DNA of 64,000 bases from an uncultured Nitrospiraceae bacterium (GTDB lineage Bacteria; Nitrospirota; Nitrospiria; Nitrospirales; Nitrospiraceae), in assembly GCA_963846575.1 (NCBI GenBank), contig CAWJWJ010000001.1, positions 992,001-1,056,000 on the forward strand, in the 5' to 3' direction. Within the stretch, counting starts at the first letter, position 1. Each line of letters opens with the position of its first letter. The translations under genes were made by a program, and so were the position numbers. The notes under the pieces were generated by a model that was given only the letters and a program-made list of their open reading frames with translations, was not told the DNA's origin and did not search any database. Shown one piece after another: positions 1 through 10,346 of this stretch.

Positions 1-538
1 ATAGGGGTTTCCCCGTCACCACACCCTGCACGGCGTAACCGACTTGCTGGCTGTAGGTGTCCATGATCCAGGCCATCACCTGTTGATCCGTCCCCACGTC
101 CGGTGCAGGGACATCCTTATCCGGTCCGATCAACGGGAAAATTTCCGAGGCATAACGTCGGGTCAGGCGCTGTAGTTCACCGCGACTTAATCGCTTGGGG
201 TCCACTTTCACGCCGCCTTTGGCACCGCCGTAAGGAAGGTCTGCCAGGGCGCATTTCCAGGTCATCCACATGGCGAGGGCTGCCACTTCGCCGAGGTTCA
301 CATCCGGATGATATCGAATGCCGCCTTTGGATGGACCACGGGCGGAGTCGTGTTGAACTCGATATCCGGTAAATACTTCCACGCGGCCATCGTCCATCTT
401 GACCGGGACGCTGACGATCAACGACCGCTGCGGCAATTTCAGCCGTTCGCGCAGGTTGGGGTGCAGCTCCATCGTCTCCGCCGCTTCGTTGAATTGGGCC
501 ACGGCGAGGCGAAAAGTATGGGTATCAAGTTCCGTCAT
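1..538 (-). CDS. gdhA: Glu/Leu/Phe/Val (glutamate) dehydrogenase, 5' part, truncated by window edge
   Basis: Manual translation [16 protein letters not shown]...[21 protein letters not shown]...[18 protein letters not shown]; not in the ORF track because it has no stop in the window. Confidence 0.9.
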   Translation of the reverse strand, partial: MTELDTHTFRLAVAQFNEAAETMELHPNLRERLKLPQRSLIVSVPVKMDDGRVEVFTGYRVQHDSARGPSKGGIRYHPDVNLGEVAALAMWMTWKCALADLPYGGAKGGVKVDPKRLSRGELQRLTRRYASEIFPLIGPDKDVPAPDVGTDQQVMAWIMDTYSQQVGYAVQGVVTGKPL

Positions 539-542
539 TACG

Positions 543-1370
543 TCACTCCTCCTGGCTGATTCGTGCGTTGACTGGACTGGTCTCCAGCGGAGGCGCCGGG
601 GTTCTCAAAAAAGAGTCCAGACTCTCCGGCCCGATGGCATGCGTCCAGCTCAGATCGAATTGTTCGCCAAAGCTGGCGGTGATCCGCTGCTGAACCGCGT
701 ACATGTCCGGGACGGTTCCTAAGAGAGATTCCATGGAGGTGACCCGGCAGTCGGCAATGCCGCAAGGCACGATATGAGAAAACGGAGTCAGGTCCATGGA
801 GACATTCAGCGCAAAACCGTGCGTGGTGATCCCTTGAGCAATGCGCACCCCGATAAAGGCGATTTTCGAAGGACGGCTCCCCCCGACCCACACGCCTGGC
901 AGACGCTCGCGGCGATGGCCGGTAATGCCCCATTCGGCCAGTGTGGCGATGAGCATCTCCTCCAGCCGGTACACATACGCTTTGGGCCCCGCGCAGTAGT
1001 CGGGCAGGCGGAGGATCGGGTAACCCACGGCCTGACCCGGTCCATGATAGGTGATGGACCCGCCCCGTTCTGTTCGAATGATGGGAATGTCGGTGTGTTG
1101 CGCGAGTTCTTCCTCTCCGGGCCAATGGCCGTCCTGCGTCGTACGCCCGAGGGTAAAGACGGCAGGATGTTCCATGAGCAGCAGGAGATCAGGGCGGCGG
1201 TCGGCTGCCCGCTCGGCTCGGAAGGTACGCTGGAGATCCCAGGCGTGGCCGTAGGGCACTTGCCCGCAAAGGACGACGATGCCTCTGTGGGAAGGTTCCA
1301 TGCGTCCCGGCGTGCTCGTCGCCAGGGCGGATGCTGTCGGTTCAGGATGTGCAAGGTTATTGAACGCCAT
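543..1370 (-). CDS. lipB: Octanoyltransferase (lipoate-protein ligase B)
   Basis: [41 protein letters not shown] motifs; start inferred at ATG 1370. Confidence 0.93.
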   Translation of the reverse strand: MAFNNLAHPEPTASALATSTPGRMEPSHRGIVVLCGQVPYGHAWDLQRTFRAERAADRRPDLLLLMEHPAVFTLGRTTQDGHWPGEEELAQHTDIPIIRTERGGSITYHGPGQAVGYPILRLPDYCAGPKAYVYRLEEMLIATLAEWGITGHRRERLPGVWVGGSRPSKIAFIGVRIAQGITTHGFALNVSMDLTPFSHIVPCGIADCRVTSMESLLGTVPDMYAVQQRITASFGEQFDLSWTHAIGPESLDSFLRTPAPPLETSPVNARISQEE

Positions 1371-1372
1371 CG

Positions 1373-2446
1373 TTACGGCTGTGTCGGGCTTGATCGCGAG
1401 ACCGAGATCGTGGTTGTGCCGGTGTTCCCTTGTGCGGTGACCTGAAACACCATCTGGTCGCCCGCGCCCCAGACCGCGTGCCAAAAGTCCCCGATGTTGA
1501 AAATCTGACGGTTGTCGATTGCCGTGACCACGTCCCCGGACTGCAAACCGGCCCGGCCGACCGGTTTCGAGGGGTCTACCTGCAGGGCCAGAATGCCTCG
1601 ATCACTCTCCAGGTCGAAACTCGCGGCGACGCTCGGGGTGACGGTCACGGGAATCAGCCCAAGATCCGGCCGCAGCACCGATCCGCGGACCATCATAGAC
1701 TGAATGTGGGGAATGATGGCCTCCATGGCGATCGCGTAACTGATGGCCTGAGCGGAGGGAGCGATCGCCACGTTGATGCCGATGACCTGGCCGTACCGAT
1801 CTACGAGCGGGCCGCCGCTGTTGCCGGGGTTGATGGCGGCGTCCGTCTGGAGCAAATCGTAGAGTGTCTCTCCTTCCGGAGTGAGGACGGACCGGTCAAG
1901 CGCGCTAATGACACCCACCGTGACCGTCGAACCACCTTTCAGCGCCAGCGGGTTGCCGATGGCAATGACGGTTTCCCCGATTTCGATGGGCGCGCGACGG
2001 TTCATCTCCGCAGCGACCAGGTCCGGCGCCGTAATCCGGACCAACGCCAGGTCGAGAAGAAAATCACGGGCAACCACCCGGCCGGGGGTGAGGCGGCCGG
2101 TTGACAGCCCCACCACCACGCTGGTCACTCCTTGCACCAGATGGTTGTTCGTGAGGATGTCTCCGTTGGAATTCAGGATGACGCCTGAGCCGGAGCCCGG
2201 GGGAGCTCCGTGCTGGGATCCGCCCGAAGGGACGCCGCGTGTGAGGACCGTCACGACCGAAGGACGAACCTTCGCCACCACGGCCGGCACCGACAATTCT
2301 TTTTGCGAGGAGTCTCCAGCCTTGGGCTGGTCCGAACTAAGGGATGGACTGTGAAAGACGGCCAGGAAAAGAGAGATGAGCCCCAGGGCCAGGAACCGCG
2401 TCCGGAAGCGATGGGTAGCAATGTGCCTGGGGGAGCCTGGTACCAT
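1373..2446 (-). CDS. HtrA/DegP-like trypsin serine protease with PDZ domain
   Basis: GSGSGVI, LTNNHLV, DLAL, QTDAAINPGNSGGPL; signal peptide; C-terminal PDZ. Confidence 0.9.
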   Translation of the reverse strand: MVPGSPRHIATHRFRTRFLALGLISLFLAVFHSPSLSSDQPKAGDSSQKELSVPAVVAKVRPSVVTVLTRGVPSGGSQHGAPPGSGSGVILNSNGDILTNNHLVQGVTSVVVGLSTGRLTPGRVVARDFLLDLALVRITAPDLVAAEMNRRAPIEIGETVIAIGNPLALKGGSTVTVGVISALDRSVLTPEGETLYDLLQTDAAINPGNSGGPLVDRYGQVIGINVAIAPSAQAISYAIAMEAIIPHIQSMMVRGSVLRPDLGLIPVTVTPSVAASFDLESDRGILALQVDPSKPVGRAGLQSGDVVTAIDNRQIFNIGDFWHAVWGAGDQMVFQVTAQGNTGTTTISVSRSSPTQP

Positions 2447-2513
2447 GGGAGAACACGTTCCTCCGTCGACGCATTCTCTCACAATCCTGGCAGGCGCGAA
2501 AGCGCGCCCGACA

Positions 2514-2547
2514 CAAGGCGGGCGAGATTACGATCCCGCCCGCCTTG
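2514..2547 (-). terminator. Hairpin downstream of the sigma factor gene
   Basis: CAAGGCGGGCG...CGCCCGCCTTG 11-bp perfect stem about 27 nt past the stop. Confidence 0.5.
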
Positions 2548-2573
2548 CAATGCCGGGCCGTTGCATGCCGCTG

Positions 2574-3833
2574 TCACTTGAGGGCAGCAAACATCTCTTT
2601 GACGAACGGCGTCTTGAGCTTCTTGAGGGCTTTGGCTTCAATCTGGCGAATCCGCTCCCGCGTCACCGACAGATGTTGCCCGACCTGTTCGAGCGTACGG
2701 GCCTGATCCTCGCCGATACCAAACCGCAAGCGGATGACCGTTTGTTCTCGAGGCGTCAACGTGCCAAGAATTCGATCCATTTCCCGCGTAAGTTCCGTGC
2801 GATTCACCAGCGCATCCGGCGGAACCGCTTGATGGTCGGGTAACAGTTCACCGAGTTCGGTCCCGCCATCACCGACCCGGTGCTCCAGCGCGACCGGTTC
2901 CTGAAACGCCTGAATGGTTTCATGCAGGCGATCCGGCCGCATGCGCATGGTAAACGCCACTTCTTCCAGCCGGGGCTGGCGCCCCAACTGCTGGACGAGG
3001 CGACGGGACGTTCGCAGGATCCGGTTCGACGCTTCTGTTTGATGCACGGGGATCCGGATCGTTCGCGACTGATCGGCCAGCGACCGGGTAATACCCTGTC
3101 GAATCCACCAGGTGGCGTAGGTGCTGAATTTGAATCCCTTGCGGTGCTGGTACCGCTCGGCCGCCTTCATCAATCCAATGTTGCCTTCCTGCACAAGATC
3201 CAGCAGCGTGAGCCCGCGTCCGGTGTAATGTTTCGCGACGTTGACGACTAACCGAAGGTTGCAACGCACCAACTCGTCCTTGGCGGTTTCCAGGGTGATC
3301 CGGGAACTGTGCAATTGGGCCAGGGAAGCGCTCAGGTCCTTGTGCACGGACGCGCCGGATTTCCCACTGGCGGCGGCCTCCTGTCGCAGGTTCGTCAACG
3401 CAATATCCGCCTGGTTGAGCACGGTTGCTGAGAATCCGCTCAGGCGGCGCACGGTCTGCAATGTTTGCACATGTTCCGTGGTGGCGGGCGTCCGTTTCAG
3501 GCGGCCGGCGGTTTTAGCCGCCTGCTGCAGCGTCTGGCGAATTTGTCTGGTGCCGAGGTCGAGCTGCTTGGCCAAGGCGATTTCCTCGTCACGTTCGAGG
3601 AGTCCGCGTTCACCGAACGAACGAAAATATAAGGACTCTAAAAGAAACGGCGAGGAGGCCGACCGCGTAATCTTCGCAGGCACCTCTGCCTCAGGTTCTG
3701 TTTCCGGCTGATCGTCCGCCTCTTGAGCGATGCTATCCAGCAACCCGCTGGCTTCAGAATCGTCAGCATCGGGGTCAACCTGGGAGATCACCGTGGTTTC
3801 TGTATCGTCTTGAATCGCGAGAGCCTGTTTCAT
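2574..3833 (-). CDS. RpoD/SigA-family sigma-70 factor (apparently lacking canonical region 1.1)
   Basis: [42 protein letters not shown]...[14 protein letters not shown]; purine-rich RBS before ATG 3833. Confidence 0.92.
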   Translation of the reverse strand: MKQALAIQDDTETTVISQVDPDADDSEASGLLDSIAQEADDQPETEPEAEVPAKITRSASSPFLLESLYFRSFGERGLLERDEEIALAKQLDLGTRQIRQTLQQAAKTAGRLKRTPATTEHVQTLQTVRRLSGFSATVLNQADIALTNLRQEAAASGKSGASVHKDLSASLAQLHSSRITLETAKDELVRCNLRLVVNVAKHYTGRGLTLLDLVQEGNIGLMKAAERYQHRKGFKFSTYATWWIRQGITRSLADQSRTIRIPVHQTEASNRILRTSRRLVQQLGRQPRLEEVAFTMRMRPDRLHETIQAFQEPVALEHRVGDGGTELGELLPDHQAVPPDALVNRTELTREMDRILGTLTPREQTVIRLRFGIGEDQARTLEQVGQHLSVTRERIRQIEAKALKKLKTPFVKEMFAALK

Positions 3834-4119
3834 CGTCGTCACCCCTCTTCCCCATCTCGGGGAGGTTGGCTGTCTGGCGTTCGGAAGAGGCTTATCTGTA
3901 CACACTACGTTGGAGACACGGAGCAGCAAAAAGGATTCACTCGATCACGGGCTTGCCTTGTGGCGTTATGAATACTACGGGTCTGACGGGGTTCTGGATT
4001 TTCACTCTTTCGAGATAAGGACGCGCGTCGAACTGTCAAGGCGCCGGACGTGGTCTTGGTGCGGTGGTGTGGTTGGACTCGTTCGCAGGAAGGCCTCGCG
4101 CGGCGTACGGGCCGTTCGG

Positions 4120-4149
4120 TTGAAAAAGCCGTCGGCAGTCTCCTAGAAT
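4120..4149 (+). promoter_or_regulatory. Putative sigma-70 promoter for trmI operon (possibly leaderless transcript)
   Basis: TTGAAA-N18-TAGAAT ending 8 nt before ATG 4158, no Shine-Dalgarno. Confidence 0.35.
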
Positions 4150-4157
4150 GCCGAACT

Positions 4158-5036
4158 ATGTCACAACTGAAAAACGGCGAGCGTGTACATCTGGTGGACA
4201 AGAAGGGCCGGCACTATGCCCTGACCTTAAAAGCCGGGGATATCTATCACTTCAGCGGCGAAACCATTCCGCACGATGAACTCATCGATAAGCCGGACGG
4301 CTCGATCGTGACGCTGTCAAAGGGGAAACGATTCCTGGCGTTGCGTCCGACCTTCGGGGAGTACGTGCTGAAAATGCCCCGCGGCGCGCAGGTGTTGTAC
4401 CCGAAAGACCTGTCGTTGATTCCCATGTGGGCGGATGTCTATCCCGGAGCGAGGGTATTCGAGGCGGGTACCGGGTCCGGGGCGCTCACGATGGCCCTGC
4501 TGCGAGCGGTAGGGCCGACCGGGCTGGTGGTGACCTACGAAGCCCGCGACGATTTCGCACGAACGGCCCTGACCAACATCGAGCGATACATGGGGCCGGT
4601 TTCCACCCTGATGCCCTGTCGAAAGAACGCTTACGAGGGGATCGACGTGCTCGAAGACGGGCGTCTTTTTGACCGTCTGGTGCTGGACTTGCCGGAACCG
4701 TGGCAGGTCGTCCCGCATGCGGCATCGGTCTTACGCTCGGGAGGCATCTATTTGAGCTTCGTCCCGACGGTGCCGCAGGTCATGCAAACGGTCGAGGCGC
4801 TCGAACGGACCGCGGTCTTCGGCATGATCGAGACCTTTGAAACGCTGCTCAGAACCTGGTCGATCCAGGGACGCAGTGTTCGCCCGGACCATCGCATGGT
4901 GGCGCATTCCGGTTTTCTGACCGTGGCCAGAAAGGTGGAAGCCGGCTGGTGGTCGAACAGCACCAAGACGGCGGTGCCCGAGTCGGCAGTCGAGACGGAC
5001 CACGAAGAGGGCGAAGGGGAGGAGCCGGGAACATGA
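4158..5036 (+). CDS. trmI: tRNA (adenine-58-N1) methyltransferase
   Basis: MPRGAQVLYPKD, EAGTGSGALT, LDLPEPW, VRPDHRMVAHSGF. Confidence 0.92.
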   Translation: MSQLKNGERVHLVDKKGRHYALTLKAGDIYHFSGETIPHDELIDKPDGSIVTLSKGKRFLALRPTFGEYVLKMPRGAQVLYPKDLSLIPMWADVYPGARVFEAGTGSGALTMALLRAVGPTGLVVTYEARDDFARTALTNIERYMGPVSTLMPCRKNAYEGIDVLEDGRLFDRLVLDLPEPWQVVPHAASVLRSGGIYLSFVPTVPQVMQTVEALERTAVFGMIETFETLLRTWSIQGRSVRPDHRMVAHSGFLTVARKVEAGWWSNSTKTAVPESAVETDHEEGEGEEPGT

Positions 5037-5794
5037 ATCGCTTACAGGGAAAGGTGGCCATTATTACCGGTGGCAACGCTGGAATCGGGGAAGCGATTGC
5101 GAAGCTCTTCGCGGATGAGGGCGCGTCGGTCGTCGTGACGGGCCGCCGCAAGGACGAACTCGATCGAGTGGTGAAGGGCATCGGGGTCAACGGCGGAAGG
5201 GCTCTGGCGGTCGCCGGCTCAGTCACGGATGAGGCCCACGTCAAAGAGGTGGTGGCGCAGACGACGCGCACCTTCGGAAAGCTGCACATTCTGGTGAACA
5301 ATGCCGGAATAGGTGATTTTGGAAAGCGTCTGCATGAGACCGACGATGCCACCTGGCTGAACATGTTAGACATCAACCTGACGGGAGTCTTCAGGATCAC
5401 TCGCGCGGCGGTGCCGGAAATCATCAAAAGTGGAGGCGGGGCGATCATCAATATCTCCTCGGTTGCCAGTTTAATCGGAATTCGCGGCCTGCCGAGTTAT
5501 GCCGCGTCCAAAGGCGGGCTGGATTCTCTGACCAGAGCCATGGCAGTGGATTACGCGCAGGACAATATTCGCTGCAATGTGGTGAATCCCGGCTTGATCG
5601 ATACTCCCATGGCGGCTCCGCTGATGGCGAATCCCGCTGCCCTCCAGCCGATCATGGCGCAGTACGCCATCCAACGACCTGGAAAGCCGGAGGAAGTGGC
5701 CAAGATGGTCCTGTACCTGGCCTCCGATGATGCGACCTGGGTAACCGGCGGGACGTTCCCTATCGACGGGGGCATGACGATCAGCAAGGGGTAG
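5033..5794 (+). CDS. SDR family oxidoreductase
   Basis: TGGNAGIG, NNAG, YAASK; ATGA overlap with trmI. Confidence 0.92.
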   Translation: MNRLQGKVAIITGGNAGIGEAIAKLFADEGASVVVTGRRKDELDRVVKGIGVNGGRALAVAGSVTDEAHVKEVVAQTTRTFGKLHILVNNAGIGDFGKRLHETDDATWLNMLDINLTGVFRITRAAVPEIIKSGGGAIINISSVASLIGIRGLPSYAASKGGLDSLTRAMAVDYAQDNIRCNVVNPGLIDTPMAAPLMANPAALQPIMAQYAIQRPGKPEEVAKMVLYLASDDATWVTGGTFPIDGGMTISKG

Positions 5795-5848
5795 CCGGGC
5801 ACGATCCGGATACAGGCAACGTTGCGCAGGACGTAAAAGGCATTGGCC

Positions 5849-6706
5849 ATGGACATCACCGTTCAGACTCAGTGGTGCGGCATCATCGGCAATCCGGTGG
5901 AGCATTCGCTCTCGCCCGCCATTCATAATGCGGCCTTTAAGGAACTGGGCCTGGATCTCGTCTACCTGGCTCTTCGCGTGGAAAAGATCGGCGACGCGTT
6001 GAACGGGGTGCGGGCGCTGGGTAACGCGCGAGGGTTCAGCGTGACCATCCCGCATAAGGTCGCCGCGATTCCGTTTCTGGATGAAGTTGAACCCACCGCC
6101 AGGCACATCGGCGCCATCAACACCATCGTCGTCGAGGACGGCAAGTTAAAAGGGTACAACACGGATGCGTCCGGGGCGTTGCGCGCGCTGAAAGAGGGAG
6201 GGGCCTTGCTGGAAGGTCACCGCGTCCTGGTGCTGGGTTCAGGCGGAGCGGCGAGGGCGATTGCCTTCGCATTGGCCTCGGGGACCGGCATCGCGGGCCT
6301 GACAATTTTAGGCATCGAAGAGGCCGAGCGGCAGAAACTCGTGAAGGACCTGCGAGGGAAGACGGGGATTCCCATCGAGGAGGGACCGCTGTCGTTGGAT
6401 ATGCTGCGCAACTGGGTGCCGCACGTCCGCACCTTAGTCCACTGCACGCCGGTCGGCATGCATCCTCGCGTGGACGAGTCCTGTGTGCCGACGAACCTGT
6501 TCCGGCCGGAGTTGACGGTGATGGACATCGTCTATAATCCCCGCGAAACGAAATTGCTGCAGGAAGCCAAGGCCGCGGGATGCCGGACCATTTCGGGACT
6601 GGAGATGTTCCTGAATCAAGCGGTCCAGCAGTTTGAGCTCTGGACCAAACAGCCGGCTCCGGCCGATGTGATGCGCCAGGTACTGGAGTCGCGCTTTGGA
6701 GCCTGA
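5849..6706 (+). CDS. aroE: Shikimate dehydrogenase
   Basis: GNPVEHSLSPAIHN, SVTIPHK, GYNTD, GSGGAARA, DIVYNP. Confidence 0.95.
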   Translation: MDITVQTQWCGIIGNPVEHSLSPAIHNAAFKELGLDLVYLALRVEKIGDALNGVRALGNARGFSVTIPHKVAAIPFLDEVEPTARHIGAINTIVVEDGKLKGYNTDASGALRALKEGGALLEGHRVLVLGSGGAARAIAFALASGTGIAGLTILGIEEAERQKLVKDLRGKTGIPIEEGPLSLDMLRNWVPHVRTLVHCTPVGMHPRVDESCVPTNLFRPELTVMDIVYNPRETKLLQEAKAAGCRTISGLEMFLNQAVQQFELWTKQPAPADVMRQVLESRFGA

Positions 6707-7289
6707 AGCCCCGGCCCCTGCGAAGCCACCCTCGCAAACAGCCTCTCCTGCTGCGTTCCTGGATTCCCGTCAGAATCTTGTCTTGATCGGCTATCGCGGC
6801 ACCGGAAAGAGCGCGGCGGGAAAGTTTCTGGCCCGCGAGCTGCGCCGGCACCTCGTGTCGACGGATGCGGAGGTGGTCCGGCGGGCGAAGCTCTCCATCC
6901 CCGAGATTGTGGAGACATTCGGGTGGGACCACTTTCGGGATTTGGAATCGGCAGTCTGCCGGGATTTTGCGGGGCGGGACCAGCTCATCATCGACACCGG
7001 GGGCGGCGCCATCCTGCGGCCTGAGAATGTGGAGGCCCTGCGACGCACCGGGACGCTCGTCTGGTTGACCGCGTCGGTCGAGACCATCGCGCGCCGCATC
7101 GGCGGCGATACGCAGCGTCCCTCATTGACCGGCACGAAGTCGTTTACGGAAGAAATTCGCGAGGTCCTGGCGGAACGGATGCCAAAATACCGGGCGGCGG
7201 CCCACCATATGGTGCCGACCGATGGCGTTTCCACGGCGCAGGTCGCCGCGCGCATCATGCAGCAGCTCTCGCACAAGCCGGCCGGATAA
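6696..7289 (+). CDS. aroK: Shikimate kinase
   Basis: P-loop GYRGTGKS, FRDLE, TGGG, RPSL. Confidence 0.93.
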   Translation: MEPEAPAPAKPPSQTASPAAFLDSRQNLVLIGYRGTGKSAAGKFLARELRRHLVSTDAEVVRRAKLSIPEIVETFGWDHFRDLESAVCRDFAGRDQLIIDTGGGAILRPENVEALRRTGTLVWLTASVETIARRIGGDTQRPSLTGTKSFTEEIREVLAERMPKYRAAAHHMVPTDGVSTAQVAARIMQQLSHKPAG

Positions 7290-7373
7290 CACCCCGGACA
7301 GGCGGCCGGCTCACGAGCGGGACGCCTGGCATTCTTGACAACGCCTGCGGAACAATGGTTCTTATACCGGCGC

Positions 7374-7450
7374 GCGCCCGTAGCTCAATTGGATAGAGCA
7401 TCGGACTTCGGATCCGAGGGTTGGGGGTTCAAGTCCCTCCGGGCGCACCA
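7374..7450 (+). tRNA. tRNA-Arg (anticodon TCG)
   Basis: Acceptor GCGCCCG/CGGGCGC, D-arm GCTC/GAGC, anticodon stem TCGGA/TCCGA with loop CTTCGGA, GTTCAAGTCC T-loop, encoded CCA; TTGACA at 7335-7340 upstream. Confidence 0.96.
7406..7450 (+). repeat. attL core (3' part of tRNA-Arg from anticodon loop to CCA)
   Basis: CTTCGGATCCGAGGGTTGGGGGTTCAAGTCCCTCCGGGCGCACCA identical to 16067-16111. Confidence 0.95.
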
Positions 7451-7453
7451 GAT

Positions 7454-7466
7454 AATCAATAGGTTG
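7454..7466 (+). promoter_or_regulatory. IHF-like binding site beside attL
   Basis: AATCAATAGGTTG matches WATCAANNNNTTR. Confidence 0.6.
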
Positions 7467-7496
7467 CATCTTTTCTTCCGTTTTCTCCTCTTGGCT

Positions 7497-7519
7497 GGTC
7501 ACGGTTTTGGTCACGGTTC
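7497..7519 (+). repeat. Putative integrase arm-type sites (2 copies)
   Basis: GGTCACGGTTTT GGTCACGGTTC, identical 23-mer recurs at 15902-15924. Confidence 0.75.
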
Positions 7520-8552
7520 CAGCCAGACTTCCTCGATTCACGGCGTCCCGAAGATGTCCTGGGGCGAGGTGGGCATATCGGAGCGTCGTCTCAATATCGC
7601 GGTGCCCGAGGATCTCCTTCACCGACACGAGATCGACCCCTGCCATGACACGGCGACTAGCTGCGGTATGTCGGAGTGAGTGCCAGCACGCCCCGGTAAT
7701 CCCCGCTCGACGCAGGCCAGGCTCAAACGCGCGCCGGAGGAAGGCCCGGCTGTCCATCGGGTGAGTCACGTCCTTTAATCCTGGAAAGACCCACGCCGAT
7801 CGAAGGAACGAGTCAAATGACCTCAGAATCGGTCTTGGCTCCTTCGCTCAAGGGCACATGCCGGGTTTTTCCTCCCTTCGGCATGGGGAGGGTCAGGACC
7901 TCGTTCTCCAAATCGACCTGGTTCCACCTGAGCGAAAACTGTTCTCCTCGTCTCAGACCCCGTCTCGACGGCGAAGGCCACCAATTTCCACTCCTCCGGG
8001 GTCATCACGCCCCTCAATCGGTCAAGTTCCTCACTGGTCAGGAATCGCGTCCGGTTCGCTTCAGGGAAGAACTTGAGGCTGGAGACTGGGTTCTTGGTGA
8101 GCTTGTCGTCTTTGACGGCTAACATCAGCACATGACGAAGGAAGGCAAAATGCCGGTTGATCGTGGCATCCGCCCACAGTCGTTGCGGTTCCTTCTTGCT
8201 CACCTTCATTTTGGCTCGCATTCTGGCCTGAATGCGCCGGAGATCGTCTACTGAAATCTGGGTGAGCACGCGATTCCCGATGAGCAGCGACCAGCGTCGC
8301 CCATAGAGCACTTCACCTGGCTTGTTGCGGTTGACAGATCCTTCGAGATAGCGATTGATCCACGCCCGAAGCGTAATGTCCTTTCGAGGGGCGAATTTCT
8401 CCGGGAAAAATGTCCCTTCCCGAATGTCGGCCTTCAATCGGCCATACAGGGCCTTGGCCTGTGATTTCGTATCACACCGAAACCAGCGCTCCCGACCGTG
8501 GACGTAGAGGCGCACCCACCAGCCTTCACGGCCTTTCCGCTGCGTGATGCCT

Positions 8553-9219
8553 CTATCCTTTCCCGCTTTTCTTGCCACGATGGCTCTCCTTTCGCTCCCC
8601 GGTCTTCTGGGCCTCGCGCCACTTTCTCGCCGCGACTCGGTTCTGGCAGCGCGGCTGGCAGTATACCTGGTCGCGCCGGATGGCTAAATAGATCGTCCGC
8701 ACTCGGGGCAGCGACGAATGTAGTCCCCGGACTGGACCAAGAGGTGCACAAAGCGGTACTCAAACTCCTTCGCCTTGCGCTTCGCGCTCACGAAGATTGT
8801 TCCGGTCTCGTCGGAGAAGCTGCCCGGCGATACTCACGACCAGGGTGAACTGCGGAAAGGTGAAGGCGGTGTATCGCTTCATGCCAATAGAGTTCCAACT
8901 GCTCCAGGACGGCGGCCTGAATCTCCTGGGCTTCTTTGCGACTGGGAATCGTCTGATAGTTCTTCGCGTTGGGCACCGCTTCCACGCTCCAGCCACTTTC
9001 GGGGGCCACCATCCCACCGTATCGGTCTCCCGTCTCGTCGACAAAGGCCGCGACCTCAAACGCTACCAGCGTCCATTCCGTGGGCGTCAGAGTTTCTAGA
9101 TCGACCTGTAAAAAGCGGAGCACCCACCCGACGGCGCCATCCGGCATCGTGCGGATGCGCTCGATGGCTTTCTGATACTCCTGTTGGAATTCCTGCTCGG
9201 CCTTCCCCTGTGCGCTCAT
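8553..9219 (-). pseudogene. CGNR-type zinc-finger protein (about 221 aa reconstructed), three frameshifts
   Basis: Reconstructed C-terminus IRRCPECGTIYLAIRRDQVYCQPRCQNRVAARKWRE; AAAGGAG RBS; stop overlaps int start. Confidence 0.7.
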
Positions 9220-9424
9220 GCCTTCGGCTCCTTTCTCATGCCGAACCCTCCCCGTATTCCTGATCCCAACACCACCGAAAAAAGTGTCGTGCGGAAGGGC
9301 CGTCTCCACCTGAATTTGTTTGGCAAGTGTACCTCCGCACTTGATAATGGCTGTCAAGAGTCATCACGCCTAAAAAATAAGACGCGTGATCATTTTCCAA
9401 ACCATTCTTCCAAGGAGGTGCCCG

Positions 9425-9634
9425 ATGGTCCCAGTACAAAATTGATCACCATTCGAGAAGCGGCCGAACCGGTTAGGTCTGAAGGAAAGCACGATCAGGA
9501 AATACATCCTGAAACGGCAGATCGCCTATGTGAAGCCGTCGGTGCGAGCGGTGCGGATTCCCATCGAGGAATTGGAACGGATTCTCTCTGCCGGTCTGAG
9601 GCCGGCGATCCCTCAGGGGGAGGGTGCCCGATGA
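9425..9634 (+). pseudogene. Excisionase-like MerR/HTH_17 protein, at least one frameshift
   Basis: Reconstructed KLITIREAAERLGLKESTIRKYILKRQIAYVKPSVRAVRIPIEELERIL; AAGGAGG RBS at 9412-9418; ATGA overlap with next gene. Confidence 0.8.
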
Positions 9635-10346
9635 GCCGCTGGAAGGAGTTTCGGCGCGAACCAGTCGCCGGCGAATGGAGCAGGAAGCAGAAGCGGGGCT
9701 ATCACCGCGTCCGGTCGCTCCTGTGGTTCTGGGAGTCCCATCAGTTCCAGGTGCTCTGGGTCACGCTGTCTACGGCAGAAGGCGGGGATGCGGAGAAGCT
9801 CACCTATCACCACAAGCAACTGCGCCAACGGATCGAACGCCAGCTCGGCTTTGCAGGGTTGGAGTATTACCAGGTGCGGACAGATGAAGGGCATGGCGTG
9901 CTCCATATCTTCTGGGCCTGGCGGGTGCCGGATGGGGAACGCGCTCGCCGGTTCTGGATCTCGCAGGAATGGCTCTCGTCACAATGGGAAGCCCTCCACG
10001 GGGCTCCGGTGGTCTGGATCAAGGCCTACCAGCCCAGCCATCGCTCAAGGAACCGGTTGAGTCGCTACGTCATCAGCCAGTACGTCCAGGATCAATGCTG
10101 GCTACGTGAATATGTGTTGGTCGTGGAAACGGTCGCTTGGGGTTCCCCATCGGGAAGATGTGGGAAGAGATGCGGAACCAATGGCAGACCCAGAATGTCT
10201 ACCGACGCATACGGAAACAGATCGAAGTTCCTCGCATCGTCTTTCTCAAGACCTGGGAGGATCTGCTGTCTGGGCACCCCATCTGGTTCAGTAACACCAT
10301 TCTCCAACTCGTCCTGGGCAAAGGCCTCGTCTGGAGTCCGCTATGA
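9631..10346 (+). pseudogene. Putative rolling-circle replication initiator (HUH-like, about 237 aa reconstructed), two +1 frameshifts
   Basis: Motif I-like WVTLST, motif II-like EGHGVLHIFW, conserved W in SSQWEALHG, motif III-like LSRYVISQYVQDQ; position after xis. Confidence 0.62.

Larger units (their letters stand above)
7362..8578 (-). pseudogene. int: Tyrosine integrase (about 404 aa reconstructed) with two +1 frameshifts (possibly sequencing errors)
   Basis: ATINRHFAFLR, ETG|LRRGE (frameshift about 7960), [11 protein letters not shown], second shift about 7831, HSLRHTAAS, ILGH, TTLRYAH. Confidence 0.9.
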
